From Lingula anatina (Eukaryota; Animalia; Brachiopoda), in NCBI GenBank assembly GCA_051362555.1, contig CM120649.1, positions 682,001-746,000 on the forward strand: a DNA stretch of 64,000 bases. The letters run 5' to 3'. The notes beneath the pieces were generated by a model. That model was given only the letters and a program-made list of their open reading frames with translations. It ran no database searches and was not told the DNA's origin. The first letter of the stretch is position 1. Every line of letters begins with the position of its first letter. The position numbers and the translations under genes were made by a program. This document shows positions 36,984-50,609 of this stretch, in pieces.

Positions 36984-38140
36984 ATGGAATACACAACACT
37001 TTCAAATGACAGCGGAGGTGGAGATAATCCGGAACGTTACAACAGTTATGTGTATACCAGAAATATGGACATCATTGGTTTCATTTGTGCTTCCCTCGGT
37101 GGAGCAGTGAACATGGTATCCCTCTGTGCCCTGCGTGCTTTTTCCATTAAGAAGAAAAGATCCGGGCGACTTCTGATCAACCTTGCATTCTCAAACGTTA
37201 TTTTTTGTTCAATTCTTATGCTGTACAGTGCGCTGGACGCTGCAAGGTTGACCACCGAAATTTACAATGGTATCAACTTCTCAATGTTTCAATCTAACGT
37301 TGCATATGGATATGACGTCGACGTCACATCGGAACGTACCACGTCTCTGTATGACGTCACTTTTGAATATGAGTATGACGCAACATTGCAGCCACGCACC
37401 CCGAACGGAAATGACGTCAAAATCTGGCACGACAGTGGCCCACTTTCATGTCTGTACCTATTTTCCGTGTCTTTGGCCTGGATACGTGAACTTTTCCCGT
37501 TCTTGGCTACAACGTGGCTTGTTGTGGACCAGTTTATGGGCGTGGCTTTCCCACTACGTCACGACCAGATCTTCTCAACTAAAGTTGTCGTATTGTTGAT
37601 AGTGTCCACTTATGTTATACCACTTTTTTATTTGACCGTCTCGACTGTGACCGACGGCGCATATCATACTAAGATAGACTGTACGGTGTTTTTCTTTAAT
37701 AGATATAGGCACATGGAATACCTAGATCCCTTTTTTGTCGCTAGTGGTATTTTGGTGGCGACAGTGTTCCTCACGAACTTGGTCTTGTATTTGTTGCTCA
37801 TGGTTATTGTAAGATGCCAAAGGATTCATTTAACACGTACAAAAAACATAAGTCAAAAATAGGAGAGAAGGAAGATCGTAATGTTTGCATTATTGTCAGC
37901 CTCTTGTTTTGCACTTTGTTTGTTTTCTGGTCACCAATGGTGGTTCTGTATTTTTTAACAATATTTAACAAAGGGGACATTGACCATTCGGTCATCGACA
38001 CTGTGGCGTTTATAACGGCCCTTAACCCCTTAGCGGACGCGGTGGTGTACGGATTACGCCTTGAACAAGTACGCAAGGCGTACAGTTCCTTCTTCAAAAG
38101 AATTATACAGGGTTGTTCGTGTAAATTTGAAGTTTTGTGA
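36984..38140 (+). CDS. Intronless class A GPCR-like gene split by one -1 frameshift in ICL3 (pseudogene, recoded gene or sequence error)
   Basis: ORF 36984-37862 gives TM1-5 (LINLA.SN, VVDQFMGVAFPLRH). Overlapping -1 ORF 37814-38140 gives TM6-7 (FWSP, NPLADAVVYGLR) and helix 8. Joined length is about 385 aa with no other lesions. Confidence 0.75.
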
Positions 38141-39870
38141 AACTATACAAAATGTACACTTGTTTATCTCACCATTTTTTTTTTTTTGTAATATTCATAT
38201 CTGTGATGGATTAAATGGCGTTTACGCTGTGGGATTTGGGATTCGGACGCTGTAGAACCGTTCAAGTGTGGTAAACTCACTATACAACATTGGTCAAAAA
38301 GGTTGTCCAACCTCCAATTCCACGTGTTTTAGTTTAAAAATGCTCACAGATTATTGACCTTTAACGAGCACTTCCTTATTGTAATTATGTGAAAATTTGG
38401 TAATTCTTGGTGGTGTCTTTTCAATTTAAGGAACATGCCTATACTTTTTGGGAGATCACAGTGAAACGTCGAAGTTAGGAGGAACATGTTATAAGTGTGA
38501 ATAATAGTATAAAAAATGGATATATATTTGGTATTTTGAATCATTAACCATATATATATATATACCGTTGTTCAAAGTTGATTGTTCTAATACGTATAAT
38601 GTTTCCAATTTGAAACGTATTTAAGGATGGAGTGTTTTATTTCTTTTTTTCTTTCATTCACTTTTTTGTCTTATGCAAAACATTTTAACAAAGACTACAA
38701 CTGCACCTTGGTAAGATTTACAAGGTACATTTCCGAAAAGATCCCCTGTCTGAAGAATTCCGTCAATCTCGCATTTTATTTCAAAGAAGAAAGAGGAGAT
38801 AAGTCTTGCTCGGTTTATTAACTGGACATAAATTTAGCCACACAATTCTTACTTATCATCCTATATATGTAATAAGACCATAGCAGGTAAATCACTTCAC
38901 TAGTTCAGAGGTATTCTGATAATGGTTTTATTTCCAGTAATCTCTTAGACTCGACTTGGTTAATAATCCATATTAGAAAAATATTACACGTTTTCACATC
39001 CTCTGCAGTTTTTTTATCATTTGGCAGAAGTACATAAGGTTGAAAAATGAAAAAACGAATCGCTATTGTTTCGACGTTTTCCCGATAACACGATAACGTA
39101 CACTAAAAAAAAGACCAATCACGAACAATTTATTCAATCAATATTTAATGCTGTATAAAAAAAAAACATTTACACCTGGAGATCACAGGGAATTGTTCAA
39201 TTAATAACTCCTATTGTCCCAATGTGCTCTATTATCTACTTGCACTATTAATGTCATTAAGATAATAAGGATTGCAAGTGGTTTATTACGCAATTAATAC
39301 CATCTGTCGAGTGGCTGATTTGAAGTGAAGGAAAGTTAGCTCTTCACCTGTTTGGAATTCATATGTACATTAGACGTTATCCATCAGCAGTTGTTATCAT
39401 TTTTTAACACAAAGCCTTAAGCTAATTATACCCTTACACCTTTTAAAAAGCTTACAAAACAAGAAAGCTTATACAGGATAATGGATTGCCGTTATGGCTT
39501 TCCCTCTACCTGGGTGGCAGATATTATAGGGGAATCGTGGAAAAGCCACCCTGTGACTTTTGGCCAGATGAAAGCAATTAAATCTGCACGCGCGCAGATG
39601 GCATTGTACCCGTTTTGTAGGGAGTTACTACAACAGATTACTGAGTTAACTTCAGTCTTAAGTAACAAGCTATTCATAAGAACTATTTTTATTTGTCACA
39701 AAAGAGGAAGTACATGTAATTAAAACCAGAGCAATCAGCTGTCATGATCACTGTCAAGGGGACTTGGCTTTGGCCTGTTTTAACTTAAAAGTGACAGTGC
39801 CTGAACAGTCATGCAAACAGTTACCAGCCGTGTAATCAGCCTTCAGATTTCATCACATGGTGACAGAGAA

Positions 39871-39950
39871 CCAAATGACTGCCTATTTATCTGAAGACAT
39901 ATCTGTGAATATCTGGTGAAAAATCAATATGCCGCCCTGGTAGAGGGTAG
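39871..39950. mobile_element. Family E partial copy
   Basis: CCAAATGAC...GACATATCTGTGAATATCTG...GCCCTGGTAGAGGGTA matches the right arm of 54149-54281. Confidence 0.6.
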
Positions 39951-40983
39951 CTATGGCATAGTTCACAATATATGCTAAATAAATCTTTATGTTGTCTTAT
40001 TTTGCTTTTTGGTTTACTTGCTTTTTAAAGGAATGGCATCTCGTCGAATGTGATTTTAAACTCCACAATAAGCACTATAAACATCAAATAGCAATTATTC
40101 TGACATATGTACTTGCCATCGGATCACGTGGACCTTCATAACTTTGAACTAACTATGAACATCGTAACGGATTCAATAACAATTGTAATTGTTATATTAC
40201 TATTTAGCATATAAGCAAGTATGGGAAAATCGACGTTTACTCCATGAAAATTCATTTTTCGGCATTTTCCCGTCAACTAGTGTGATAGGAAGTGGGCAAA
40301 TTGCGTATTTATTAATCCGCATCAACAATAAATACAGACACTAGTGTTCGTCGGTACCCTACATTTTATCATAGATTATAGCTGTCATCTTTCTCACAAT
40401 CGGGGAATATCTGGGGGTCTATAGATCATAACATTAAAGTGCAACTTACAATCTCATTTATACTCGCAAGTAAATTGTGTAATCCAGGGATAATCAATAC
40501 AAACGTCAATCGCAGTAGAAAAAGGGTTGATACGAAAATAAAATATTTACAATGATTGTCAAGTCACGTAAGAGGGTAAAAATCCCGTGTAACCTGAGAA
40601 ACTACATTATTTACAACAAAAATCTAATTATTAAAATATATTATATATTTAAAAAACGCTCAAAAACGGAGGCTTACAGCGACAAAAGATCTATACAATC
40701 GTATTTAAAATGCATGCTTTAGTATTGATCTATATATTAAATATATTATATTACACTATGTTAACAAATCATATACTTATTTCTCACTCATTTTAATCTC
40801 TGATAGCTTCTGTATATGTACAGTATAAGTCACACATTAGTAATGAGTAGAATAAATAAATTAAATCGAAAAGAAACTGGATAAGTATGTAAAAAAGGAA
40901 TTGAAAAAAAAGAAACAAATAAAAACATTGTATCAGGAATGGTAGTCAGCCAAAAGTCTGTTTCCGATATTTTTTACAGCTAA

Positions 40984-41781
40984 GGCCACACTTTTTTATT
41001 TTTATGGATGACATCCTCTGGGGACGCCAAAATCGGTGCGAGCGGGCGAAAAAAAAAAACAGTCCAAAAAAAAAAAAAAAAAAAACTGCTTAAGAAAAGT
41101 TATGTTTTCAGTACACAGATATCAAATAAACAGCGTGTCTTTATTTGTACTCTCAGAAAATTAAAGCATTGTGAACACTTCACAGAATTGTTAAAAAAAA
41201 TAAAGCAAAGATAGGCCTATGCTTCCTACTACCAAATCTAAAAAAGGTAATTTCGGTCGATGCCATTTTGTCTACTTCGACTCACACGTAGCAGCCAACT
41301 ATCGGGTGGCCTGTCCGACCTTCAATCCACCAAATACCACGACGCTCTTGTCGACCCTTTTTTCGCTACAAAAAAAACCTGGTATGTGCTGCTTTGGACA
41401 GAATGTCACTGAAATTTTCCGGGCGATGATCGCTGGCCACGGCCAGCCTTTCGTATAATTGTAAAAAGGTGATATCTCCATGTCCAACATCAATGGCAAA
41501 CCAATCCAAAACGACGGCCCCCGTTCTCTTTATGACTTTAATTGTCGTGTATTTTGAAATTAATGCTAGAGATGAATTTGACGGCAAAGCGGTCATATTT
41601 CCACGTGGTGATAATACGCATGCGCAGAAAGCTCATTTTCCGCACTCGGAACTACTCGGATGTCTCCGCAGTCGACAATGACAGTATGGAGCTTGCGGAA
41701 TTAGCCGAGGATTGCCGATTGCATTTTTCCGGCAAATTCAATAACGACGTTTGCGACAACCGACTTCCTTGGGGGGGGGGG

Positions 41782-41814
<33 letters not shown>

Positions 41815-41877
41815 GGAGAACGGACGAAAATCGTTGCGCGCGCAGGATGTCATCCATAAAAATAAAAAAGTGTGGCC
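40984..41877. mobile_element. Non-autonomous PIF/Harbinger-like DNA transposon (894 bp)
   Basis: Perfect 34-bp TIRs GGCCACACTTTTTTATTTTTATGGATGACATCCT, flanked by TAA on both sides. No transposase ORF. Confidence 0.85.
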
Positions 41878-42429
41878 TAACTTCTTAAACTTCTATTTGA
41901 CCTTAAGCCGTGTTACTCATATGCCACCCTGGAACTCTTTCCTAGAACTAAAAGCACAGACAAGAATAAAGACTGTGCATGCACATGGTTCATTGAATCA
42001 TTTGAGATATTTAAGAACTGAAATAAAATTCTAATTAATAAATGAGAATTTGAACTCAGTAAATGCACTTTGATATGCAAATCTTGTGTATATATAATGT
42101 GTTGCGTGCATATAATGTCTTGCATTAAACATATAATGTCTTGGAGTGCAACTCTTACGTACTTTTTTCTTGTAATGCCCTGTGTTCCTTCCGGTTTGCA
42201 GATAAGGGTTTTAATTTTAAATAAAAACCACCGACATGTGTAGTAATCGTTTTGGAATGAAAATACTACATTGATATAGGCAAATACAGGGGATACAGGG
42301 TAAAAAATACCACTCTGGGTATTTTAAGACAGTAAATAATACCAAAAGATATTTAAACTAATATTAAAAGATAACATGTGGTCAGCCCCCCCCCCCCCTT
42401 CGGTTTCTGAAAGAATAATCACACCAAAA

Positions 42430-42632
42430 CCCCCCTTTTGAAATTAGAATCTTGACTAGCTAGATCATAGTTCTAAACCGCACCAAAGGGCACCTTTTGC
42501 CCTCCAAAACACCCAAAAAGTTTCGGGTCCCTTGAGCAGCCACGACCCTAACGCCAAGCGGGCGATGATCGGCTTCGCAGCCGAGGCTTGTCGTTCTGGA
42601 CCCCCCTTCAAATAATCCTGGATCCGCCCCTG
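42430..42632. mobile_element. Interspersed repeat family F (ends ...CCTGGATCCGCCCCTG), copy 1
   Basis: Colinear with 52509-52776 (TTGACTAGCT...TTCTAAACCG.ACCAAA.GGCACC...CCCCTTCAAATAATCCTGGATCC.CCCCTG). Confidence 0.7.
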
Positions 42633-42666
42633 TACTTAGACATTCAGAATAGAGCAGAGGGACTGT

Positions 42667-42669
<3 letters not shown>

Positions 42670-42729
<60 letters not shown>
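42670..42729. repeat. (AT)n microsatellite
   Basis: About 30 AT units. Many other (AG)n, (AC)n, (AAT)n and (GATA)n tracts occur, e.g. 11215-11410, 12674-12725, 32430-32525, 48045-48100, 50564-50660, 55165-55250 and 56745-56990. Confidence 0.95.
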
Positions 42730-42733
<4 letters not shown>

Positions 42734-43341
42734 AGGCCACTTAGCTGTCACTTTACATTACGTAATAAGTCAAGAAATATTTTTTAAGAAATCTTCACTA
42801 CATACAATAGGAAAAATGGAATAAGAAAATCAGTATGAACATAACAATGACTCTTGAAATAAAAATAAATCCATTTCCCGCGACTCCAAATTACTAAATT
42901 CCTTAACCAATAATCACTTTGTCGTGTCTTATTGCAACAAGTAATTCGCCGTTTTGGAAAGAGATATACAGTTTTAAATATCTAGTATTGTTCTATATAT
43001 GCATAATTTGAGGCCCACGGACAAGGTCTTTTCAAATAGGCCTATGGAAGTTAACACTATCCGCGACTTGGATATTTGAAACTTGTTTTACAGTCATATC
43101 TCTCTCTTTAAAAAAATAATACGTGGATTGTGAAGCAGAAACAAACCCCACAGTAAAACAGTAATGAAGATTTTTTTTCTATGCAAGATAATGTCCTTGA
43201 TATACATCTAACATTTCTTTCAGTTTAAACAAATTGGTCAGTCCGTCTTTGGTCGAAGCTTTTAAAATCACTGAAAACTCTTGATCGTCAATCCTAACGT
43301 CTTACGTCTCTCTTCTGTAAAAGTCGCTGTTCTGTCGTTGC

Positions 43342-46300
43342 TCAGCCGGAATCTTTCCTTGACTTGTCCTAATAAAGACCACAAATCGTTAGTGTATTGA
43401 AAAACAAAGAAAAGTGTGCTCTAGCTTAGAATAAAGTGAAAAGGAAAATGATTTCTTAATTCTCTGACTTTTATTAACTTTTGCTATCCCTATCCCTCTG
43501 CTAACCACTATCCGTACTGATGTTACATTTTAGTTAAGTGAAAAATGAAGAATACGTTAACAAATGCCAGTATTTGTGTGAATTAATGGATGCTGGGGTT
43601 ATAAAATATATTGAACAATTAAACAAGAAGAGATCTGGAACTGAATCTGTCAATACTGCCACGCACACACGCACACATGCACGTGCATACGTACGCACGC
43701 GCGCAAACACACGCACTACAGTGACAGGCCAAGTACACAAGACTTGGAACGGAATCATTCAATACAATCATACACACGCGCCCACGCACGCTCGCACACA
43801 CACACGCACTACAATGACAGGTCATCTGCACCAACTTATTTATATTTACCTAATCACAGGGACTTCTTACCTGGGAGTCGCGTTCTATAAAAGTCTCCAG
43901 CATCACATCTTCGTACTTCTTTCCAGCGCAAATTTCATCCGACTTTTCAAAATCCAGCATTTTGCTTGACTTTCCATAGAACAATCTTCTGTATCCTGGC
44001 AGTATGTACAGCTCGTCTACGTCACTGGGATGGGTCGGACCTTAAAGTATAAAAGATTTTATAAGAATTTATATTGACCAGAAAAAAATAGACAAATCTA
44101 AACAACTTAGCATGCAGGCAAACATGCATATATGCAGACATCAAAGGAGAAAAACGCTGTCAAGTACATGTAAAGGCTAAATATAATTATTGTGTAATTT
44201 TCGTGATAATAATCCGAATATGCAATTTTCGGACTGAACCTTTTTTTATCAAATGAAACCCAACAGTGAAGTAAAAATAAAACAAAAGCAACGTTCTGCA
44301 ATAACATTGTCTGCATATAAAAAGAACTAAATACACTAGTAATTTACATATGAAAAGGACACTCATTTAATCATAATAAATGACAGCATAACATAAAAAT
44401 TCAGGACAATGCAGATTGATATAATAGTACTGAAGGTGATATTACCTATTCACGTATTATATTTCATATATATGTTTCGGTGTTTTGCAGAATTAATGTA
44501 ATATTGATTGCCTAACAGATGAGTAGTAACCTAAGCCAAGAGGTGGAAAACAATGAGAAAAACGAGACAAGCTGCTGCGCAATATAATATTTAATACTGC
44601 TTTTTCAAGCTTTCATATGTTGTATTCGCGAGGTTTCTTTACGCGAGGAACGGGGGCGTCTCGATAGTCCGAAGGTTCATTGGTCCGAAGATTCATTGGT
44701 CCGAAAAGTGGTAACATTTTTATCGATTTTTTTAATCAAGAGTTCATAGGTCCGAAGGTTCTATAGTGAACATTCGGACCAATGAACCTTCGGACTATTG
44801 AACCTTCGGACTATCGCTACGGCCCCCGAGGAACATCCAGGAAGGCTTGTGTCGGTGAAGCTTTCATATTCTTTTGCCGTATGTCATATTCTTGTAAAGT
44901 AGAAGGAGGTATCAAAATAGGAAACAGAATCAAAGTAACTTTCACATTTACTGCCCATAACATTAATCGAATTTACGAATAAAATTTAAAAAATGAAATT
45001 CGTTATATTTCAGGAAGAAGCACCCACCGGACAGCAGAGCCACCTATCGTCAATTTACCTGTTATCAAACTGACTATCATACCGACCAGCAGCGTCAGCA
45101 GAATCCCGATGCAACCATACCACATGTAAGATATAGCGTATAAGTATTCAAGTCCTGTTCTGCAATGAAACGATGTGATGTGATAAATTAGAGGAAAACA
45201 CCGGTCCAAATAATTTTTCGGTACTAAAAATAATTAAGAATCGGTAATATTATGCGCACATCCTTTCATTAAAATGTAAAATTTTTATTTTCCTCCAATC
45301 CCTTATTCATTCGATTGTCGAAAATAATTGCCAATTTAAAATGTGTTCAGCGAAACACAATTATTTTCACTCTACTTACTTTTAAATAATAACAAGAAGC
45401 GAGAAGGGCTTCCTCATTGATTGTGTTGAAAACAAAATGTTGGTAATACATGATATAAAAACCCCACTTCACTTTGTACTTACAATGTATACTCTGCGCC
45501 AGGTGATTCTGTTCCGTTTAGATATCCCATGGATGTTGTCTCTAGCGCACCTGTTGACGTCATATATGACGTCATATACGACGTCACGTTATCGAACGTC
45601 ACATTTTCCGCGGTGAAATGGCACCCGCTAATAGGGACGGGTTCTACAGGAGGATTGTAGGATTTGATTTTGGTGACGTAGGCACCGATGGAAATCCAGA
45701 ACAACAACCCGAAAGAGGACAGAGCTCCAACACAAGCACCCTTGTTAAGGAAAAGCAATGAACAAAATTCAATTATCATCGCTTTGATACACCTTTGACG
45801 ATACGATCTAAGTGCAATTCTTACTCTTAAGATCAAATTAAACAACTTTTAGAACATTTTGAATTATTAGACGTAAACTGATCGTTATTTTAATTCGTAT
45901 ATGCTAGTATTGTTATGCAGAGACCTGCAGCTACATGTAATTACTATTAAACATGTGACAATGAAATGCGTTAAAGATAGGTCTCTGGACTGCCATACGT
46001 ACTATCCAATTAGCCCAGGGGAAGAGACCTCCAAGTAAGAATAAACCAGCAAGAGGACCCGCTGTAGCTCCTCCAAAGCTTAATGATATCTGAAACACAG
46101 AGATTGAGATTTATTAATTGGTAAAAGCGATTTCCGAAATTTATTTAAGCGTAGCATTTGACAAGCATCCTTAGCACTTGACATGTCATATCATAGTAAC
46201 GGTTACTTGTGTAAGAATGGAAGAATACATATAAATATCTATTGGTTTTTTTACCACTAGGGCAAATCTAGGATAGGTCATTTACAATAATTTTAGAATG

Positions 46301-48043
46301 CAGTGATGAGGATTCTATTTTTTCTAGATAGTGTAGATACATTAACAGACAGAAAAACATTCTGACAGACATATAGTTAGTGTTCGTTACCTGGGTAACG
46401 GGACCTCCCACCGTCATGCACAGAAAGGCTACCAGCATGCCCAAAACACCAACAATAACGACTGGAATGTTAACAGTCTTATTGAGCTTTGTGTGCGATA
46501 GATATGTTTAAATTAAAGGTTCAGAACAGCTTTAATCAAAACACAGTGATCAAAGACTATATATTGCTAGGTTGTCAGCTAATCAAAGGCGAAAATTATT
46601 ACTTTATTATTTTATTATTATTTACAGAAATACACAGTTCATGGACTAGCTAAGTACATTGGTCGTCAAAGTTTTCCTGCATATTTTCGAAGCAGACTGA
46701 ACCAACCTATGCCCGCGACATGCAAAGAAAAGCCGCCTGAGATTTTTCCCAGGTAAATTCGTTTTAAATGTTTATCAGTGACCCTCCAAAAAGGGAAAAT
46801 CTGTTTTATTACCTACGGTCTTGGTAAACAGTGTTTGTTTCCAGTCAGGCCAGTGACTAAAGTGAGGTTTGAAATAATCCTCCCATATAATAGCCGCTGA
46901 GCCGTTCATTGTGGACGAATTGGAACTACAAGAGAAAAAATAATTAATCTGAACATCAAGCAAAACATTTTGAATAACGGATAAGTCCCATTCCATTATA
47001 TCTAAAAACCTTAATAATACCCCGAGATATAATGGTCGTTATTTTGTGAACATGTTCGGATGTGCCATACCCTAAGATAAACGCAAAAGTATTGACATTT
47101 TCAGGGGCATAACAATCTTTGCTTTCCTTGCATTGTGTGCTTTCAATATCCTCTGCGATAATTTTTTAATATTTTAAAATACAACCAAGTACCTCAGTGC
47201 TCCACTAAATAGAGTGGCAAGAAATAGCCCGGAGACGCCTGGATTGGACTCGAATATCTCACTAACAAACAAAGACAGCATCTGAAAGACAACAGGGATA
47301 ACCTAATCAAACAGTCACAACACTTTAAGGCTCCGGTCAAAAACTTTTACTTTGCCCCGGTTCTTTTGGAACACGTATTTTATTTCTCAGATGCAAAAAA
47401 AATTGATAAACTAGCAAATGTGTATATAGGTATATAAATGGTATGAAAATTATGTTATTTTTTATTTTGAATATACTTGATGGGCCTACACTGCTAACAG
47501 TAACATTTTATGGCAAAGTGTTTTTGTGATTAGCACTGCACAAGTCTGCTAGGCGAGATTGAGATCAGACCTGATTTCCAGAGTTAATATTTTCTTGTGA
47601 CTGCATTGGATCACACGCCAGCTGGGTGTAGTAGGTATACACGATCATGCCGAGCAAACAGACCGGTATCGACAGAGAGAGAAGACCGGGGATGTTGAGG
47701 AATACTGCGCTGGAAACGTAATAGATTTTACGAACAATCTGAAAGTAGTGGTCGCGAACCAATCAATCAATCAGGCTCATTCTCTTTAACTGAAATTTAG
47801 TTATTCAGTGAATCTACTCTGTTTCTACTATTTCGTAGATATAAAAACTACACCGAATAAAATCTAAGCACACTTTTTCCATGCTTATGAACTCTTCTGT
47901 TTGTATTTAATTTGCCATACAGGTGTGTACATAGATTAAGGAAAATAAACGACGATGCTGTAAGATACCAAACACTGATTGTAACACCACCAATTATTTA
48001 TGGAATGTCTCTTCTCGCTCTCTCCCACCCCCTCAAAACAATT

Positions 48044-48091
<48 letters not shown>

Positions 48092-48837
48092 GAGCACACA
48101 CACTTACCATCTTGCCTGTGTTTTCGACTTAGCTGTTGATATTCTCTGTATAGACGCTTGGTTTGTGGCGTATACACCAAACCAGGTGAAAGCCGAACCA
48201 ATAACGACTCCCCAGAATGTGTGACGTGTTGTAGGGTTAGGATCCAATCTTTAGGAAAATATGAAGAGAACTAATTTTAATTTATATTGATACCATTACC
48301 GTTTGTGCAACTAATTTTGTAACCAATAGCCCCCACTATGGTCTACATATGTTTCTGAGTCTGCCTTCCTTAAACTTAAACAGAGGCCGCTAGCTATCTG
48401 AACAAATCTAAAAAACTCTTACAGTCCGGCCTCAGTTTTACTTGCATCTGGCGAGTGATCAGTGATAAGGTTGCAGACTTCGCCTCAAAACGATTATATC
48501 AAATAATATTCTCTGAAGTAGTTTAAACCATGATGTACCGGGGTAAACTCACATAAGCACTTCCATACGGCCTCCGTCGTGCACTGTGTTCCATACATTT
48601 TCTATCCCTCCCGCCACAGAGAGACCCTTAAAATAAAGTGATACAGGCATGTTATTGGCCTCCAAAACTACTTGGAAGTATATTACAATTATTATCGTTA
48701 TGTCAAACTAATCGTTTGACACCAAGTGAAATTATTGTGAACATTGCTCCCACTGTAACTGGAACGAATCCGAAACCAAATCACACTTTTAGTGTCAAAG
48801 TATCCGTTCTACGTAGTGTCTAATTATTATCTAATGT

Positions 48838-48875
<38 letters not shown>

Positions 48876-49755
48876 GGTACCTTGCCCAGTACGGCAAATA
48901 TTCCAGCCTCCATCACAAGAAACTGAAAGACGTCAGTCCACAGCACCGCCTTCATGCCACCCTGCATCACAATAATTGTAAAACGAAAACTTATACAGTC
49001 CAATCATTTTCTATGTTTCTTGGATATTTAAAGTTGTCAAATATGCCATGGTGTAGTAAAGAATTATAGGAATAACTTTTTTTTTTTTTTGGGGGGGGGG
49101 GGTCCAAAATTTTGCCTGGATTATGGCAGTACATTATAACCTTTGAAAATACCCCTGACACGAGTCCCTTTTTAAAAACTGCAAACTTAATGGACAGAAA
49201 TAGCTGATGAACACAAAAGCAAAGCAGACGTTTAATATAGGATGTAGATGTTTCAGTAAATACAGTAGCTAGGATGTTACTTGTATGTACTTGATTGGAT
49301 GCATATAAATAGGAAATAACTTGCAATAGATGTAAGAATTCCTATACAGTCCAGTAGGGTGTCCTATAAGAAATCTTCAAAAGGGGTACATATATAGGAA
49401 ATATACTCACTATAGAGGTGTAGAAAGTGGACACAAGGGAGGCGATAAGGATGGACATCCACAAAGGAAACCCTGTCACTGTGAACAGAACGATATCTGA
49501 GTTAAGATATTTTCTTTGCAAAAAGTATAGCTACCTGCGTGTAGCATTGCGTAATATTACGTGTCATGAACTGCTAAAGTATATTTTGTAAGAATTGACA
49601 CTTATCTCTTAATTTTGATTTTCTTTTAGCAGAATACTTATACTGCCTATAAACAATACTGGATGATCAACATTACACATACACGTACTTAACGAAAATA
49701 AAAAAAAATGTTTTAAATTTATTTAAGATACAAATGAGGAGATGGTTGTGTCGGC

Positions 49756-49789
<34 letters not shown>

Positions 49790-50561
49790 AGATGGAGAGA
49801 GAGAGAAGGAAAGCGAGAGAGGGAAGAAGTGAGGGAAGAGAAAGAGAGTGAAGACAGAAAATGTGCCAAAACCGGAAGTACCAGCTTCTACTGCTGTTGA
49901 AGGAGCGTATGTTGCTGTTCCCATATACAGAATCTATAATAAAATTAAAGACATCCATATTATAATACGTACAATTATACACATAAATAATTATATATAG
50001 TATTTCTATAACAATTTTCAATTCATAATTAAGTGGGAAATAAAACGCGACACATTTTATAAGAAATATCTTCATGATAACAATAGCATTTTAATCATAT
50101 TATACCAAATAAGAATGATTTTCTAGCGAAATAAAAAGTCGGCCAATATTGAAAATTAAATCCCGTGGTAATAAACTTTAGCACGCCCCTTACGCGTGTT
50201 TGACACTAGTAGTTAAATATATCTTTCAGGCCCATAGCCAGCAAATTCCAATGGGGGGTTCTTTTTCTGAAAAAGTGGACCTTTTACAATAAAACTTATG
50301 TGTACCTAAATAACAATTTACCCAAAATGAGCCTTTCCTGACAAAAGGGGCGGTTCTTTCGAACCCCCTGAACCCCCCCTGGCTACGGGCCTGTCTTTAG
50401 ACGATTAAACTGCTTTGCAATGTTGAGGTCAACTCTGTAACTTTAAAATGCGGGTAAGTGCGCGTGTGTGTGCACCAACTCACCCCTCCTAGTAAACCCA
50501 TGAAAGACCCCACCCTGCTGACTGCCTTTGATTGGAATCTTCTCTCAAGGTACTGCAATTG

Positions 50562-50609
<48 letters not shown>

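Noticed and set aside
37809-37867. A 59-nt intron (GTAAGA...AG) that would repair the GPCR-2 frameshift
   Set aside because: The only frame-restoring nearby AG lies in a purine run with no pyrimidine tract, and splicing would delete nearly all of ICL3. Not strictly excluded without RNA data.
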